Below, piece by piece: positions 37,836 through 50,759 of a stretch of DNA of 64,000 bases (position 1 is its first letter; the number at the start of each line of letters is the position of its first letter). The DNA comes from Raillietiella orientalis (Eukaryota): the NCBI GenBank assembly GCA_036172245.1, contig JAYWIR010000024.1, forward strand, positions 1,736,001-1,800,000, in the 5' to 3' direction. Under the pieces are notes generated by a model, which worked only from the letters and a program-made list of their open reading frames with translations, was not told where the DNA came from and searched no databases. The translations under genes were made by a program, and so were the position numbers.

Positions 37836-39406
37836 CTGCAAAATTAGCCCAAAAAACGTAACCATGTTACGAAAAACTGTAACATGGTTACGCACTGTTA
37901 AGAGCATCAATTTTCTTAGAAAGGTGAAGAGCGGTGCGTGTTGCTCCGTTGATGAGTCTTTCGCTGCTGCGCTAGATACTTCTGCAGTTCCTCCAGAGAA
38001 GCTCCGAAACCAACAGTGTGGTGCCTTTCTGTTCTTTCAATGGACCTCTCTCTTGTTCCTCATGTACTCAGGATAGAGCTCGACGGTCTAGAAATGTTTC
38101 GAATCACCTCTTTTCTGACCTGTTAGTTTCGTTTTTCTGTCTATGGTTACGGTAAGCTAACATGTATTCTTCGATCCCTAGAGGAGAATTTTTGCGTTTG
38201 TCTATCCCTACGTACTTGACTTGAAATTTTATCGCTAAGCTGGAAATGGGGGGGGGGGGACCGTCAGTATTTGCAACGTGAAATGCCCCTTTCTTTCCTT
38301 CCCAGACATAGCGTTAGCTGTCTCACTTTCACTTTCCTTTTGAAGAGTCCACACTTCTTCATCTTACATGTGGGTCAGAACTCTTATCTTCTTGCCGGCT
38401 TTCCCCATCGACTTGGTTCCAGGCATAAGAAGGGGAAAAAAAATTATGTGGGAAGTGCCTTTAGAAGCCATTCCCTAAACAAATAATCCGGAACCGAACT
38501 TTTTAACTTGATACCGAGAATGACAATTTTTATTGAATCCAAACTTTCCTAACTGATAATGCTGAAAATGCACAATTGAGAATAATCATTTTGACCTATA
38601 CTTTAAGTGACATTGTAAATGTGCGAGATGTGCAAGTTTTAAGTGGGTGTGCACTGCCGCATTTATCTGGTGGTGACGTTTTAGAGTGTGGTAATAAAAA
38701 TGTCTCAAATATTTCTTATATCAAGTGATGCAATGTATAGTGTACAGAAATAAAATTCCTTGAAATAAAACTCTTTGAACTATGTATTTGAGGACTTCAG
38801 AAATTGGTCTGCATGAAAGCTTTACGCAATTCTGTTAGTACAGTACTTATAATAGGTGGTTTCACGGATTTCTTTACTTGGCTTGCTTTACCTGATTTGA
38901 TGAGAAAATATGCAAATCTCATCAAGCCCTTCGTGAAACCACTTTATTATTTCTCATATTCATATTCATTATTTGTCTACTCCGATCGTTGAAACAGCAG
39001 ATAGGTGGATCTTTCATTAGTGAAGCATGCGAAGCTTTAAATTACAGTGTTTTACCAAGGACAAGACATGAGCTTTATGAATGAGAATGAAAACTAAGAC
39101 AAAAACAACTTGAAAAATAAGAGATGGATGGCATTCCTCTAATGAACTGCAGAATTCTATGGTGGATCATTATTTCTAATGATATGCATGCATGCTCTTG
39201 CACGATCACTACACATTATCCATTGCTTAATAACAGAAAAAAATATAGTGAAAGCGAGGAGTACTGTACGTGATGAAGTAAACGAAGGATTTGCGATAAT
39301 TATATGTAAATGAAAAGTATAATAATGCTTATAGTAACCTGAATTTATAAACTAGACTTTGCCTTTTGTTTTGTGAATATATATTCTCTCTCTCTCATGT
39401 ATATGT

Positions 39407-39761
39407 AGTTTATACATACATACATGCATACATACATACATGCATACATGCATACATACATACATACATACATACATACATACATACATGCATACATACA
39501 TACATACATACATACATACATACATACATACATACATACATACATACATACATACATACATACATACATGCATACATACATACATACATACATGCATACA
39601 TACATGCATACATGCATACATACATACATGCATACATACATGCATACATGTATGTATGTATGTATGTATGTATGTATGTATGTATGCATGTATGCATGTA
39701 TGTATGTATGTATAAACTGTTAAGCTGTTATATATATATATATATATATAACAGCGTCTCC

Positions 39762-39792
<31 letters not shown>

Positions 39793-39836
39793 CAGCATAT
39801 ATATAAATATATGAGAGAGAGGGGGGACGCTGTTAT
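39407..39836. repeat. (TACA/TGCA)n microsatellite folded into a palindrome, followed by (TA)n tracts with inverted flanks
   Basis: (TACA)n switches to (TATG)n at 39648/39649; outer flanks are AGTTTATA and TATAAACT; a second inverted repeat pairs 39748-39776 with 39806-39836. Confidence 0.95.
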
Positions 39837-40354
39837 TTTGCTAGTAATTTTGCACTGATTACTAAACTTTATAGTGAGTTACTAAGTGCATTCAGTCATA
39901 AGTTTGCTGTTAGAAAACTAATCATGTTGAAAGGTCGATCTAAATTTTTGTTATCCAGGAAGTAACCGATAACTTAAAGGGCACTCTTAAATGAAATAAT
40001 TTGAGGAGCATTTTTGAAAAGTGAAAGATTCCAACTTTATGGACACTGATCTACAATGGATTTGAGAGTTTGTCTCTAGAATAATTTATGCTGATGAATA
40101 TGGAAATTGAGGTTCTGAGATGACTGTGGTCATCCAGTGCTCCAGGCACAAATTCAGCGTGGCACCGTGCACGTGTCTGTGCCGGTCCACAGTAAGTCTC
40201 ACCATTAATCTTTCAAGAGGGTCAATGTGATGGGAATTTGCTGATGTTTGGAGGGATCATTAGTGAACTTCTGAAGTGCATCGAATTGCACGTTGACACC
40301 ACTCAGTGAGGACCCTGTTCACATCGAAATCGAATGTTTTCCTTTCTTCGTAGG

Positions 40355-40397
40355 ATGAAACTCAGGACGCTTATCATGAGAAACCTTGAAAAACAAG
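40355..40397 (+). CDS. TIMM29: Tim29 coding exon 1 (MKLRTLIMRNLEKQ)
   Basis: Acceptor TTTCTTCGTAG ends at 40353, ATG at 40355, donor G|GTAAAG at 40398; phase 1 matches exon 2. Confidence 0.65.
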
Positions 40398-41779
40398 GTA
40401 AAGTAAGGTTCCATAAAAACGAAATACAATTGAAGATATTAAAGTCCAGGTGCAGAATTTGTGTATTGTGTTTCCCTTGATCATGAATTTTTTTTTTGCA
40501 TGTTTTTTTGAATTTTTTTTTTGCATGTTTTCATATTGCTGCTAAGGTAATCAGGCCCGTATTTGTATGAATTAACTTAAAGCAATTGTCTTGAGAAATA
40601 ATGATGCCGGTGGTACTTTACAATCGCTTATGGGTTTATCATACCATAGTTTTAGGTATTAGAATGCTTCATAAACTAAATCTAAAAATGTTTGATTGTT
40701 GAGTTTGAAGTCAGGATTTGGATTATTCATTCCCTAACTGTTGTATATGTTGTGCATTGTATGCAAGAATGAGAATATTAGGAGAAAGCATTGATTTTAT
40801 ATTATTTGGTATTAAACAACAACAAAATTTCACAGTGCCAGCAAGTAGTTTCCATAAAAATTGTCGCAAGATGATACATTAGTGTTAATTTCAATAATTT
40901 GACCTGCATGTGGCTTCAGTGACATACATGCCAAATCACTGAAATTTCCAAATAGGATTCAATTATTGAAATCTTATGGAATTCAGTTGTTTATATCCTG
41001 TATAATTTTGCGAATTTTTTCGTCACCAATTTGTTTTTACTTTGTGGAGTCAACTATAATGTGAATGAAGAGTGCGCTGTTTTAAAAATGGGAGGCAAGA
41101 ATCTTTGGAACAGAGATTCAGAAAAGTAGAAATGAATGCTTTTCCAAATGGATCTTCATCCTTCTTCTGATGTTTGTGTGAACAAGTATAAGGAATTATA
41201 TCTTTTATCCTCGCTATCCATTAATTTCAAATGAAAAAGAATTTCTTGTTTGATACTTAATATCTTGGAGTTACCGAAAAAATCCACTTTCTCGATGTAT
41301 AAAATTTTCAAAAAGTTTTAAAATCCAAAATTGGGGGGGGGGCATTTTATTTAAGTGCCGTAAGTTCTAAGCTGTTCTGCCAAACAGTCACAACCATGTT
41401 TTTCTTGAATGCATTACCCTTTAATCCTATAAGTCTTATCATCTTAAAAATTACCATGTGATGAAAATGTAGAAGTTTGTTGTTCTGCATCTGTTTGAAG
41501 CACAAAAATTGTTTATAAGTTTCTTGGAGTGCATATGTATTTTTTTTTTGAATTGCTTATGTTCAGTACTTGATCACTTTATAAGAATGCAAAGCTTGTT
41601 CTACAATGTAGATCAGATAATTCATTCCAAAATTTTTGCAAAACCAAAACAAACATAAGTAAAGCTTAGTTCATTGGAATGCTTATATGAAAAGACATGA
41701 CTGTATGTGGCATTTCTTTTGCATAGATCTAAGCTTCAGTCTTGTGATTTTTGGTAATTTTATTGTGATTTTTGTTTAG

Positions 41780-41881
41780 GGGCCCACTGGAAAGGAATTG
41801 CACAGGATTATTGTGATGTTTTGAGGGAAGCAGGAAAAGGAATCTATGAAAGACCCAAAAAAGCTCTAGGATACGTGCTTG
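41780..41881 (+). CDS. TIMM29: Tim29 coding exon 2 (AHWKGIAQDYCDVLREAGKGIYERPKKALGYVL)
   Basis: TTTGTTTAG acceptor and G|GTAAAG donor; W..I..DY....RP.KA motif preceding the Tim29 transmembrane helix. Confidence 0.88.
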
Positions 41882-41930
41882 GTAAAGGTTTTCAATTCTT
41901 GTTCATGAGGAAGGTCAAGCTTTTTTCCAG

Positions 41931-42292
41931 GTTTGGGAATACTTTCGTATTGTAGCATAACTACACCAACAGAAAGGGACTATTACGATGAAGTTATAAA
42001 TAAAATGAATCAATTACAGTTAGTGTATGGAGAAAAAAACCCAAGATCTGTTGAGCATTTGGAAACAGTTTTTAAACATGTGAATGACGGAACTCTTAAC
42101 TTTGCCAGCCTTGGTATTCTGTCATTAATGTGGAGATCAAACTACAGTTCAGAGTGTGGTATTTATAAGGCACAGTGTGGGTATATGAAACCAAAACTTC
42201 ATGAATATTTTAAAAACATTCTTGATGTTGGTTTTCTTGGACAGTGGATAAATTTAGAAAACAAAATGAAGGATTACGATGTCAGAGAGTAA
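41931..42292 (+). CDS. TIMM29: Tim29 (TIM22 complex subunit, C19orf52 homologue) coding exon 3; joined CDS is 507 nt / 168 aa
   Basis: Recognisable family motifs NPRS..H, SLGILSLMW, YKAQCGYMKP and ILDVGFLGQWINLENKMKDYDV; TTTTTTCCAG acceptor at 41930; TAA at 42290-42292. Confidence 0.92.
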
Positions 42293-45200
42293 TGGCTTTG
42301 GATTTGAATTCTGGAAACTTCATGATTAATGAAAATTCTGAATTAATTACTGCATAATTTGTATCAGGTGTCACATTAGATCCTACTGTAAATGGATGAT
42401 GAGCTTGAGTGCAAAACACTGTTAGCTGATTGATTTGTTATCTCAGTCAGAATAAGGACAGCGACCCAATCCTGGATTTTTCATTGGTAATCATGATTTG
42501 GCTCGTTATGGTACAAACCTGTTTTGCAGCTTGCAGACTGAAGCAAAAGTGATTATATACTAAAAGCAAGAATGAGGCGTATAGTTTCCAGTGGACTTAT
42601 GAAGTGATTACATTTATAATTATTTTTTTCCATCATATTAATAATGTTGATTGGCATTCTATGCATTCAGCCCAAGCAAAAACAAGATAAAAAGAAAGCA
42701 GTATTGCTTTTAGATTAAAGTGATCGTCCAGAAATTTTATACCAAAATCATTGTACATTACCATTGTATTGTTTGGAAATTATATTCATTTCTAAAGGAT
42801 GATAGTGTGTGAGGATTCCATTTGTTAGTTGTGTCCAATTGAATTGTCAGTCCAAACATGAATTTGAAATGAGTTTCTGGGGGTCGTTTTTCAGAGATAA
42901 TGTGAATTGGCATAGGTAGCAGCGTTCATGATTCGAATTGCACGTCGGTTTTCGAAAACGATTCACCCTCTTTGAGTTACAGAAAGCAAAGGTGGAGACA
43001 GCTGGAAAGAGTGGTAGAAACCAAAAGATTAAAGATTTCAAGGCCAAAGGATTCTTGAGAAATATTGTAAACCGTAAAATGAGGTTGTTACAAACTAATT
43101 TGGGGGAGTAGAGCAGCACACGGGTGCGAGTTTCTTCCCGTTTTCGTTCTTTTTTTTCACCGGAATCATTACTGTAAAGATAAATTTTCTGTGCAATACA
43201 AAGTAAACACAGTACTAAGTAATGAAACGGGACTATGTAATATTACCAAATGAACTCAGTTATTTCTATTGGCGAGATTCATAAAACCCGGAAGTCTTCT
43301 ACCTTGCGTCCTCTTCCAGTGTCTTAAACCAGAGTTGGCAGGCGCGTTATTCAATCTTAATAGCAGATTTTGTTATATATTGCATTCGATCTCGAATCAG
43401 CATGGTGTAAAACGGTGTACGAGCCCAAATGAGCCTCGATGAAAATTTCAAAAATTTCGTTGTTTTCCTTGTGGACTTTTCCGCTGCAGCCCAAGTGTTT
43501 CTCGACTTTGCTCGGTTGCTTGGCATGAGTTTTTTTTTCCAAGTTGCGACACTCATGAGACGAAGGATTTGCTCGAGACACGTTGAGCACGTTGCACAGT
43601 TCGTTGGTGGTAGCTCGGTGACAGGTGAAAGGATTCGTCATGCAGACTCCTGAATGTGAAACTGCGATGATAACCAGCACTCTGATGACGGTTCGACCCG
43701 TCGTCACCAGAGTTTTCAGCAGAACCGTTTCGTATGTGTGTGTGTCCCCGGCTGCGATCTCCCAAGACGCAGGAGCAAAGTCCAAAGATAGTCATTTCGT
43801 TCTGTCTCAACGCATTCGGATCCGTGCCGTTCAGCTTGACGGGGGAAGGGCTCTTGCTAGACGCATTCCCATGTCTGGATCAACGATTCCCGTCAGTATC
43901 TGAACCCTGCTCCTGATAAAATCTCCTTTGAAGATCAGACGCCTTTCCTTTGGACTGTGCTCTTGATGGAATGTGTTTGGCATTCCTGCGCCAAGCTTTT
44001 AATTTTTACCTGGGAAAAAAAATTCTTCCTTGTCAGACTTTGCATTATTTCTCAAGGGAATTTCATTTTACTTGTGCGTGCGTTTGGTTCCCGTTCACAC
44101 TACTGACGTAGGTGCGTCTGGATTCGAATCCGTCTAAATAACTCCAAACCCGCCATTTTGTTTCATCCCTTGGGACCTCTTAGTGATGTTTTGAAACTCC
44201 AGCGCGTTTCAGTGTACGCTAACGGTGCTCTCTCTCACGACCGGTTTCGTCGTCAAAGTTTCCTTTTTGATCTGAATTTCAAAGGGTGGTGCTCTTTCAA
44301 CTTTGGATTCTTTGGACTTCGAAAAAGAAAGAAAGATGTCAAACAGAAGAGACGAGCAATAACTCAGCACTTTCATTTGGAACGCAGAGGTCCCGTTTGC
44401 CAAGTAAATTTCGGTTGGGAAAAAAATGGAATATTGCATGTGACTCCAGCCTCATCCGGGGATGTTCACACTTGAAACCAAAGCCGGTTGCAGCGAAAAC
44501 TTTGCACACGGGGAAAACGCGCCAACTCTCCTCGTTGCCACGACAATGCGCTGCTGGCAAACTTTGCAGCCCCTGTGCGTACGCTGGTCCACGGTAGAGA
44601 TTGGCTCAGGAAGAGAAAATGGTCTTTCGTTTGCGCCAAGTTTTTTTCCTCTGACTTCTCAGGACCCGGATTCTTTCCTTCTTATCTGGGCAGCATGAAA
44701 TTTTCAGGGGCAAGGCTTATCAGCTCTGGGTAGTCGAGGCACAAAATTCCCAATTTGCACCCTTAGAAGACACGAACAAAACGGTTGGCAAACAAACTCT
44801 TAGTGCCACGAAATGACGTAATCTGATTCATTTACAAAATCCTTGTGTGTTCAGTTTTCGCTTTTAGATGCTTTATTGGGTTTATTTACCAAAGGCTTAC
44901 CAGTAGCTCATTCCTTGTGATTCTCCATCGTAAGCAACGCGTGGAGTGCTGAAGGAGTAGCTGAAAAGGTTAACCGACTTTAGTTCCATTCGTCAAAGAC
45001 ACGATTAAGGAGGGTAATTTTGGAGTACAGCTGGGAATTATCTCGATGCGAATCGGGGGGGGGGAACATATATAGCAGGTCTTTTCGTGAGCTGTACAAA
45101 GAAACCACCACCGAAATCAAGCCGTGTCGATTTTGATCTCTGGGCGATTTCGGTGGTGATAAACTCGAATGGTGCGTTTTCTTTTGTCACGAGTTTGGAT

Positions 45201-48200
45201 GGTATGGTAAGCAGCAGACGCGTTAACGTTCATACCTCCATGAGATAGAGATTTCAAAAGACGATCCAGTGCAGGGATTAAAGGGAAAACGAGCGTCTTC
45301 CATCCGTGATTGCGAATCGGTCGGCAAAAGTGCAAGAAGGGTGGTGACTTTGGGGGAGCGTTGCAGCAGAGCGCTCCGCGGGGCTTGCGTTTGGAAAAAT
45401 GAAAAAATTTCCTGAGATGATGCCTGTTCTCATCTTCCACTGCACACACATTGTAAATTTGCTTGTGTTTCGCAAGGGTGCACTGAGCTCGATGTCTCGA
45501 AGAGTGGAACCTGTCCCAAAAGCTGAAGCAGCAAAGGCTCATAAACAGTGATCCAGAAGAACTTGGGATTTCAACAAATTATGTGGATTGCAACCTACGT
45601 GACAGATGAGATCGAACCTACCTTGCTTTATGCTTTCTTACCTTATCAATTATCTGAAATTTTGGTCTTTTGCACCGAAACAGTGCTTATTAATGGCAGT
45701 TATTTGGAGAATAGGATGGCGACCGTGTCCTCTTTGTAGGCATTCGCAAATGAGTTATGCTTCAATTAAATGAGCTGTGCTCTGGAGCCAAGACGTAGAG
45801 GAAAAAGAAAGTTAAGATTGCTGATAGCATCTGTCATTACTGTCAATATATGTTAAAAGTGACTTGCATTCCCAAACGAAACTGCAGACGAAGAGCTGTC
45901 GGTCGTTTGGTACATAGGAATGTGTCCCGGATAAAGCTGAAGAACTAGTTCTATTTCCAGAAACAAAAGTGCTGGAATTCAAAATTACATTCCATCGTTT
46001 GAGGAATTTTTTTTTTCTGAAAAATAAGTCCAGTATCACGTCACAGCTGAACCAGAGTTTCATTGCTGCTTAACATGCAACGAATTATGGTATTCACGAA
46101 TACATTTTAGTTACATTCGTGTACAACATTCATTCTAGACAACCTAAACAAATTTCGTCACGAGCAAAAGAAAATGCTAAAAAGTAGCGATTTTCGTTTT
46201 TTACTTCAAGCGGTTTCTCTTCACTTGTCAAATTCTGTTTTGATCTGGGATGAAGAAGTTTCAGATTTTGGGGGTCAGATCTGACGCTGTGGACCTTACC
46301 TTGTACTTCGGAAACGCTTTAGAAAAAGGGAGACCTCTCCTTTTGTTCGCTCGTTCTGTTTGTGATCTTATCATCTTTCGTCTCAGCGCGGGCCACGGAT
46401 GCTGCGTGGACGGTTCCTCATCGTAGATGAGGATGCGAATGGGCATCGAAATCAGGGGCCTCGGATTCTTCGAAATGTCAGGGAAACACGCTGCGGATTC
46501 ACGTGCATTCATGATCCCATGTCCGCGAAGACCTCGAGATGCTGACAGAAATCTACCCGGGACCCATCGTTTGGAAGACCCTTTTCAGGTTCTTGTACGC
46601 GTCCTCCTACTTTGTGTGGAAAAAAGTAGTCGGACCACCGTTCTCATGATCCGAAGCAATCCCGGCCCTACTTTTCCTGAGCCTGCGTCTCGATCCGAAA
46701 TCAAAGCTGATTCGACTATCCCTTCTCCTTCTGCATCCTGGTTTCCAGCATCCGGAGTCGCAATACGCTGAGTAGTCTAGAAAACGAGACTATTCAGCGT
46801 TTCCTTGGTGTCAGCGTTGTCGTGTGTGCTCGTGATCTCTTAATTTCGGTGCTTAATTAAATTTCCGGACATGAAATCCCTTTGTGCGTCTGATGCGCGC
46901 TCGCCGCCACAAGACTGACTTGACTGCCTTGCAATCGGAAACGCGAATGCGAAATCCCGGATTAAGTGGGCCCCATGCAGCAGCCCTACAGCAGCACAGG
47001 GTCGTCGACCAAGGAGCACAGTCGAGGTGACCGCTGTAGAAAGGCGGCATGGACAATCGTTCCGTTTCAAAGGGTCGTGCGTCTGCTTCGGGGAATGCTG
47101 CTGCAGCTCGCAATTTTGGACACAGCAGACACCTTTTTTTTAATCTTTAAAAGACCATTTATATATTCGTTTAAGACAATTTCTCAAGTTGAGAATTTAT
47201 AATGGCCGTTTCCCCCCCCCCCCATTCAATTTCTCTGTGTTATGCAGCTGCCCTTTAATTTCACTGGTCAAGCTATTAGGTGTTATCTTCCTCGAGTTGC
47301 CAGCACTGGGGCTGTGCGCGCAAAGCAAAATGAATAAAAGAGATGGAAAAATAAGCTTCCGTTGCTACGCAACAATTCCGCTCATAAAGCAGGCAACTGA
47401 ACCATTACAGAGGTAAAAGCAAAACTTCCTCTCTTGCAACTCTCAATAAAGCCTTGGTAAACAGTTTTGGAGAGTAACCTTAACGCTTTTCGAATTCTTT
47501 GTGCCTTGTGGTGAAATGCCACTCCACGTTGCCTTTTTCCATGGTTGCAACACATTAACCACGGAGAATTCACCATATGGACTTCCCGTTTACCACCTGT
47601 GTGGAGAAGAGTGCTCCAGTCCAAACAGAACAAATAAACTTCCGCTGCTTACCGCACAGATCTCATTTCTCTCCCCCCTCCCCCTCCCATTACCGACACG
47701 TGATACTTCGGAAGAACACTGCTTCTATATAGATTACCAGCGTTATACTTGAGTTCCGGGATTCACACGAATTTCAGCTCACTCGCTTTACTTGCTTCGG
47801 CTATCCTCGAAGCCAGGATCAGCACGCGTGGTTAGGCAACTTTGGTGCAAAAGGCTTCCTCTGTAACAGCAAACAGTACTCTGTACATTTTCATTGTTTA
47901 CTTTTGTATGCCAGAAGTACGAGATTTACCTCACTGCGATCCTTGTGACGAAGGGGTTCGCTTCAATCGCGCAAAGATCCCCAAGGCCACAGAAAAGGGA
48001 GTCGCATGCGGCGTCCAGCAAGGGTTGGCCGCTGAAGGTTTAGATTGTACAGTTCTCGCTCTGGGGTGTTTCCTGGCCGTGCATTAGGCAAGCGATGCGC
48101 AAACTGATGCTTTGAATCTTCCGTTCCAAAGTTCCAAGAGCGTGGTTTGTGACCCGGTTACGCGTCAGAGTTTCTTGGAAAAGGAAACTGGAAGCTTGCG

Positions 48201-48310
48201 TAAAAGAGGGAAGCAAGTTTCCTCAGGATCAGACAGGGAAAATGCCCACGCAAGCTTTCCACTCAGGTAAGTATTGCATGATACCGCTACACCAGCGGTG
48301 CAAAGCTGTT

Positions 48311-48700
48311 TTCACCCAGTCACGCCGGGAGTTTATTTAATAAAAAAATAAAACATTTAAGAACACACTGGTTTCCGACCGAAGCTCAAGGAAAGAAAGA
48401 AGGGGAGGGCTCGCCGCCGACATGCAGGTCGGAACATGTAAAAATAGGGAACGGAAGGGAGGGGACAATGGATTAATAACTAAAGGGAGAATGGGGTAAT
48501 CGGTTTCATCCGTTCCTTCACTTTAGCACCGGCGCTGGACGCCGGCGATCTACGCCTCCATTTCTTCCAGGCGAGGCCACCTTCCAGCCCTCCTCATTCA
48601 GTCAGCTGCCATCACGGGGACCTCCCTTCGATACGCCTGCGTCTCCAGAACATGGCGGGCCGTGACAGTGGTGCGGATACAACCCACCCTTGCGATCACC
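48311..48700 (-). mobile_element. LINE 3' fragment (subfamily B-like) at the left edge of the right TE block
   Basis: Reverse complement of AATAAACTCCCGGCGTGACTGGGTGAAAA; peptide MRRAGRWPRLEEMEA. Confidence 0.7.
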
Positions 48701-48953
48701 GCGCCGGTCAACATCGGCAACTAGCGGCCGATTACTGTTGTAAATACAGACGCCAACGTTGCTGGTTGCCACCCGGTCACTCCAGGGCGTTTGTTATAAA
48801 GTCACTAATATTAGTGGTACGAGGCCCCACTACGGCCAACACAACAGGACCTGCAGCCGACCCCCCGCCATTGTTCGGACGTGCATTTTGGCGCTCCGGC
48901 TTTGGAGTTTTTGCGGTTGTTCTTTTTTGAGTTGGTGTGATTTCCATTTGGAA

Positions 48954-49975
48954 ATGAAGCCAATGCCTGCTTCAGTGGATCTGGAGGGATCCCCCTGCCC
49001 TACAGGACCTTTGTCAGAGGGAAGTGGAGCCTCCACCGTTCTTCTCTCGCATCCAGCGAGAAGTTTTGCCGCCGTTAAGACAGCGGCGGCTAACGGAGCG
49101 CCCCCGGACGAGGCAGAGCTGCGGGCATATGTAGCACAAGACTACAAGCCCGCGCTTTGCTACAAGGTCAGTGCCTTGTACTCGGACGGGATGGGTGACC
49201 AGCTCTGGAGTGAGCTGGAACGCGTCGGGGTCGGTGAGGACGATCTCCTGGCTTTAATGCCAGTGAGCGCTTTCGGGCATTGGGTGGTTCAATGCAAGGA
49301 TGCAGTCCTCGTCCAGCGCCTGCTCCGAACCCCCCTGAAAATCAGGGGTAAGGAGGTTGTCCCCGCGGCCCTCGACCATTCGTTCGTGGTCCAACTCTCG
49401 GCCATTCGGCCGGGAATCGTCGACCCCGACGTGATCGTTGCACTGGAGGCATTCGCCACCGTGCACGCATTGTGGAGGCGCGCGAACCGGTAAAAAAGGT
49501 TCCGCGCCTCTCTTGCGGACTCGCCACGGCACGCGTCACTATGGACAACCGAAGGCTGCTGCCTTCGCAGATCCATCTTGGTGACGCTGTCGTTTTTCTT
49601 CGGTTTGCCGGACAAACCCCGGCTTGCGGCAAGGAAGGCCACAGTCCGCGGAAGTGCCCTACACGCAGTTGCCGCTACTGCATCGCCCACTCAATTCATG
49701 AGTGTGCCGAGCTCAAAAGAAAAAGACGGGCTAGAAATCTCCCCGCAACTTCGCCGTCCGCGCCGAATCCAACCGTCCCGTCGTCGGGCAAGAAATCCGG
49801 CGCGAACGAGACTCCGCAGCAGAAAAGTGTGCCGAAGTCCGATTGCGCGGGCATTCCTGGGGGCAAAACAACCCAAAAGTCCGCGCAAAAGGGCAAAAAG
49901 TCACTGCACGCTGCAAAAAGCAAGCCCCGCGTGACGCCGCCTCCCGAAAACATCCGGAAAAAGACTGCACAATAG
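48954..49975 (+). pseudogene. LINE ORF1 (RRM-like region + two CCHC zinc knuckles), one frameshift near 49490; low-complexity tail probably extends to ~50760
   Basis: MKPMPASVDL...SFVVQLSAIRPGIVDPDVIVAL / RLLPSQIHLG...GQTPACGKEGHSPRKC..CRYCIAHSIHEC. Confidence 0.85.
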
Positions 49976-50759
49976 TCCCCGTTCGTTACCGCTCCGGAGC
50001 GAAATGGCGGTGGCCTGCGTGGGAAGACCACAGGAGCGCATAAAAAGCGATCGCGCGCCCTTCTGCTCGCGAAAGGCAACCCGTCCACGGCGAGCCCATC
50101 CGCGGGAAAGGCTGCAAAGCCTCGCGTGATTCCCCAGAATCCCGCCACTATGCCCGCACCTTCAGGTAAGGAGGTGCAAAAGGCAAGTGTGGCGAGGGAG
50201 CAACTGGCCGCGATCGCCCCTCAGGAGGCCCTCGAAAGGATACAAAGGACCCTGCAGGCTCTCGCAACCAGCCCAGGCAACCGAGAGGACAGCGAAGCAG
50301 GCTGGACTTTTGGGAGGGGAGGAAGAAGGAGAGGAAGCCCAGAGATCCTTCCCACTTCCTGATCATTAAGGTAGGTGGGGTGAAGAGGCAGCCCCGTGCT
50401 CCAAAGAAGGTGCACGAAAAAGCCTCCGCTACCGTTGTGCGAGCAGTCGCTGTCGCCCGCGGCGAGAAGGAAGCTGCCGACGCCGCTACCTCGAGAGGGG
50501 GATCGGCGCCAGCGGCACCCTCTATGAATGCTGGACCAGCTTCAAACTGCCAGCAAAAGAGCGGCAGGCAAAACGCCTGCCGCGCGCGTGAAATTCGGAC
50601 TACGAGATGGAGGCCGAGGGCAGCGCAAAGGCTCGCCAAGCCCCGGCTAAACCCAGGGCTGTGCGCAAGCCGAAACTTTCCAGGCGAGAGCCTGATGCCG
50701 GGAACGGTTCCCGATGCTCCTCGGAACCCGAGGCAATGGTCCTCGACTCCACTGACCCA

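Noticed and set aside
39345..39806. ORFs with HTYI/MYVC repeats
   Set aside because: These are translations of the (TACA)n microsatellite
40484..40531. Short direct duplications (also ~711/780, 2846/2868 and 59560/59576)
   Set aside because: Ordinary local slippage duplications with no sign of function
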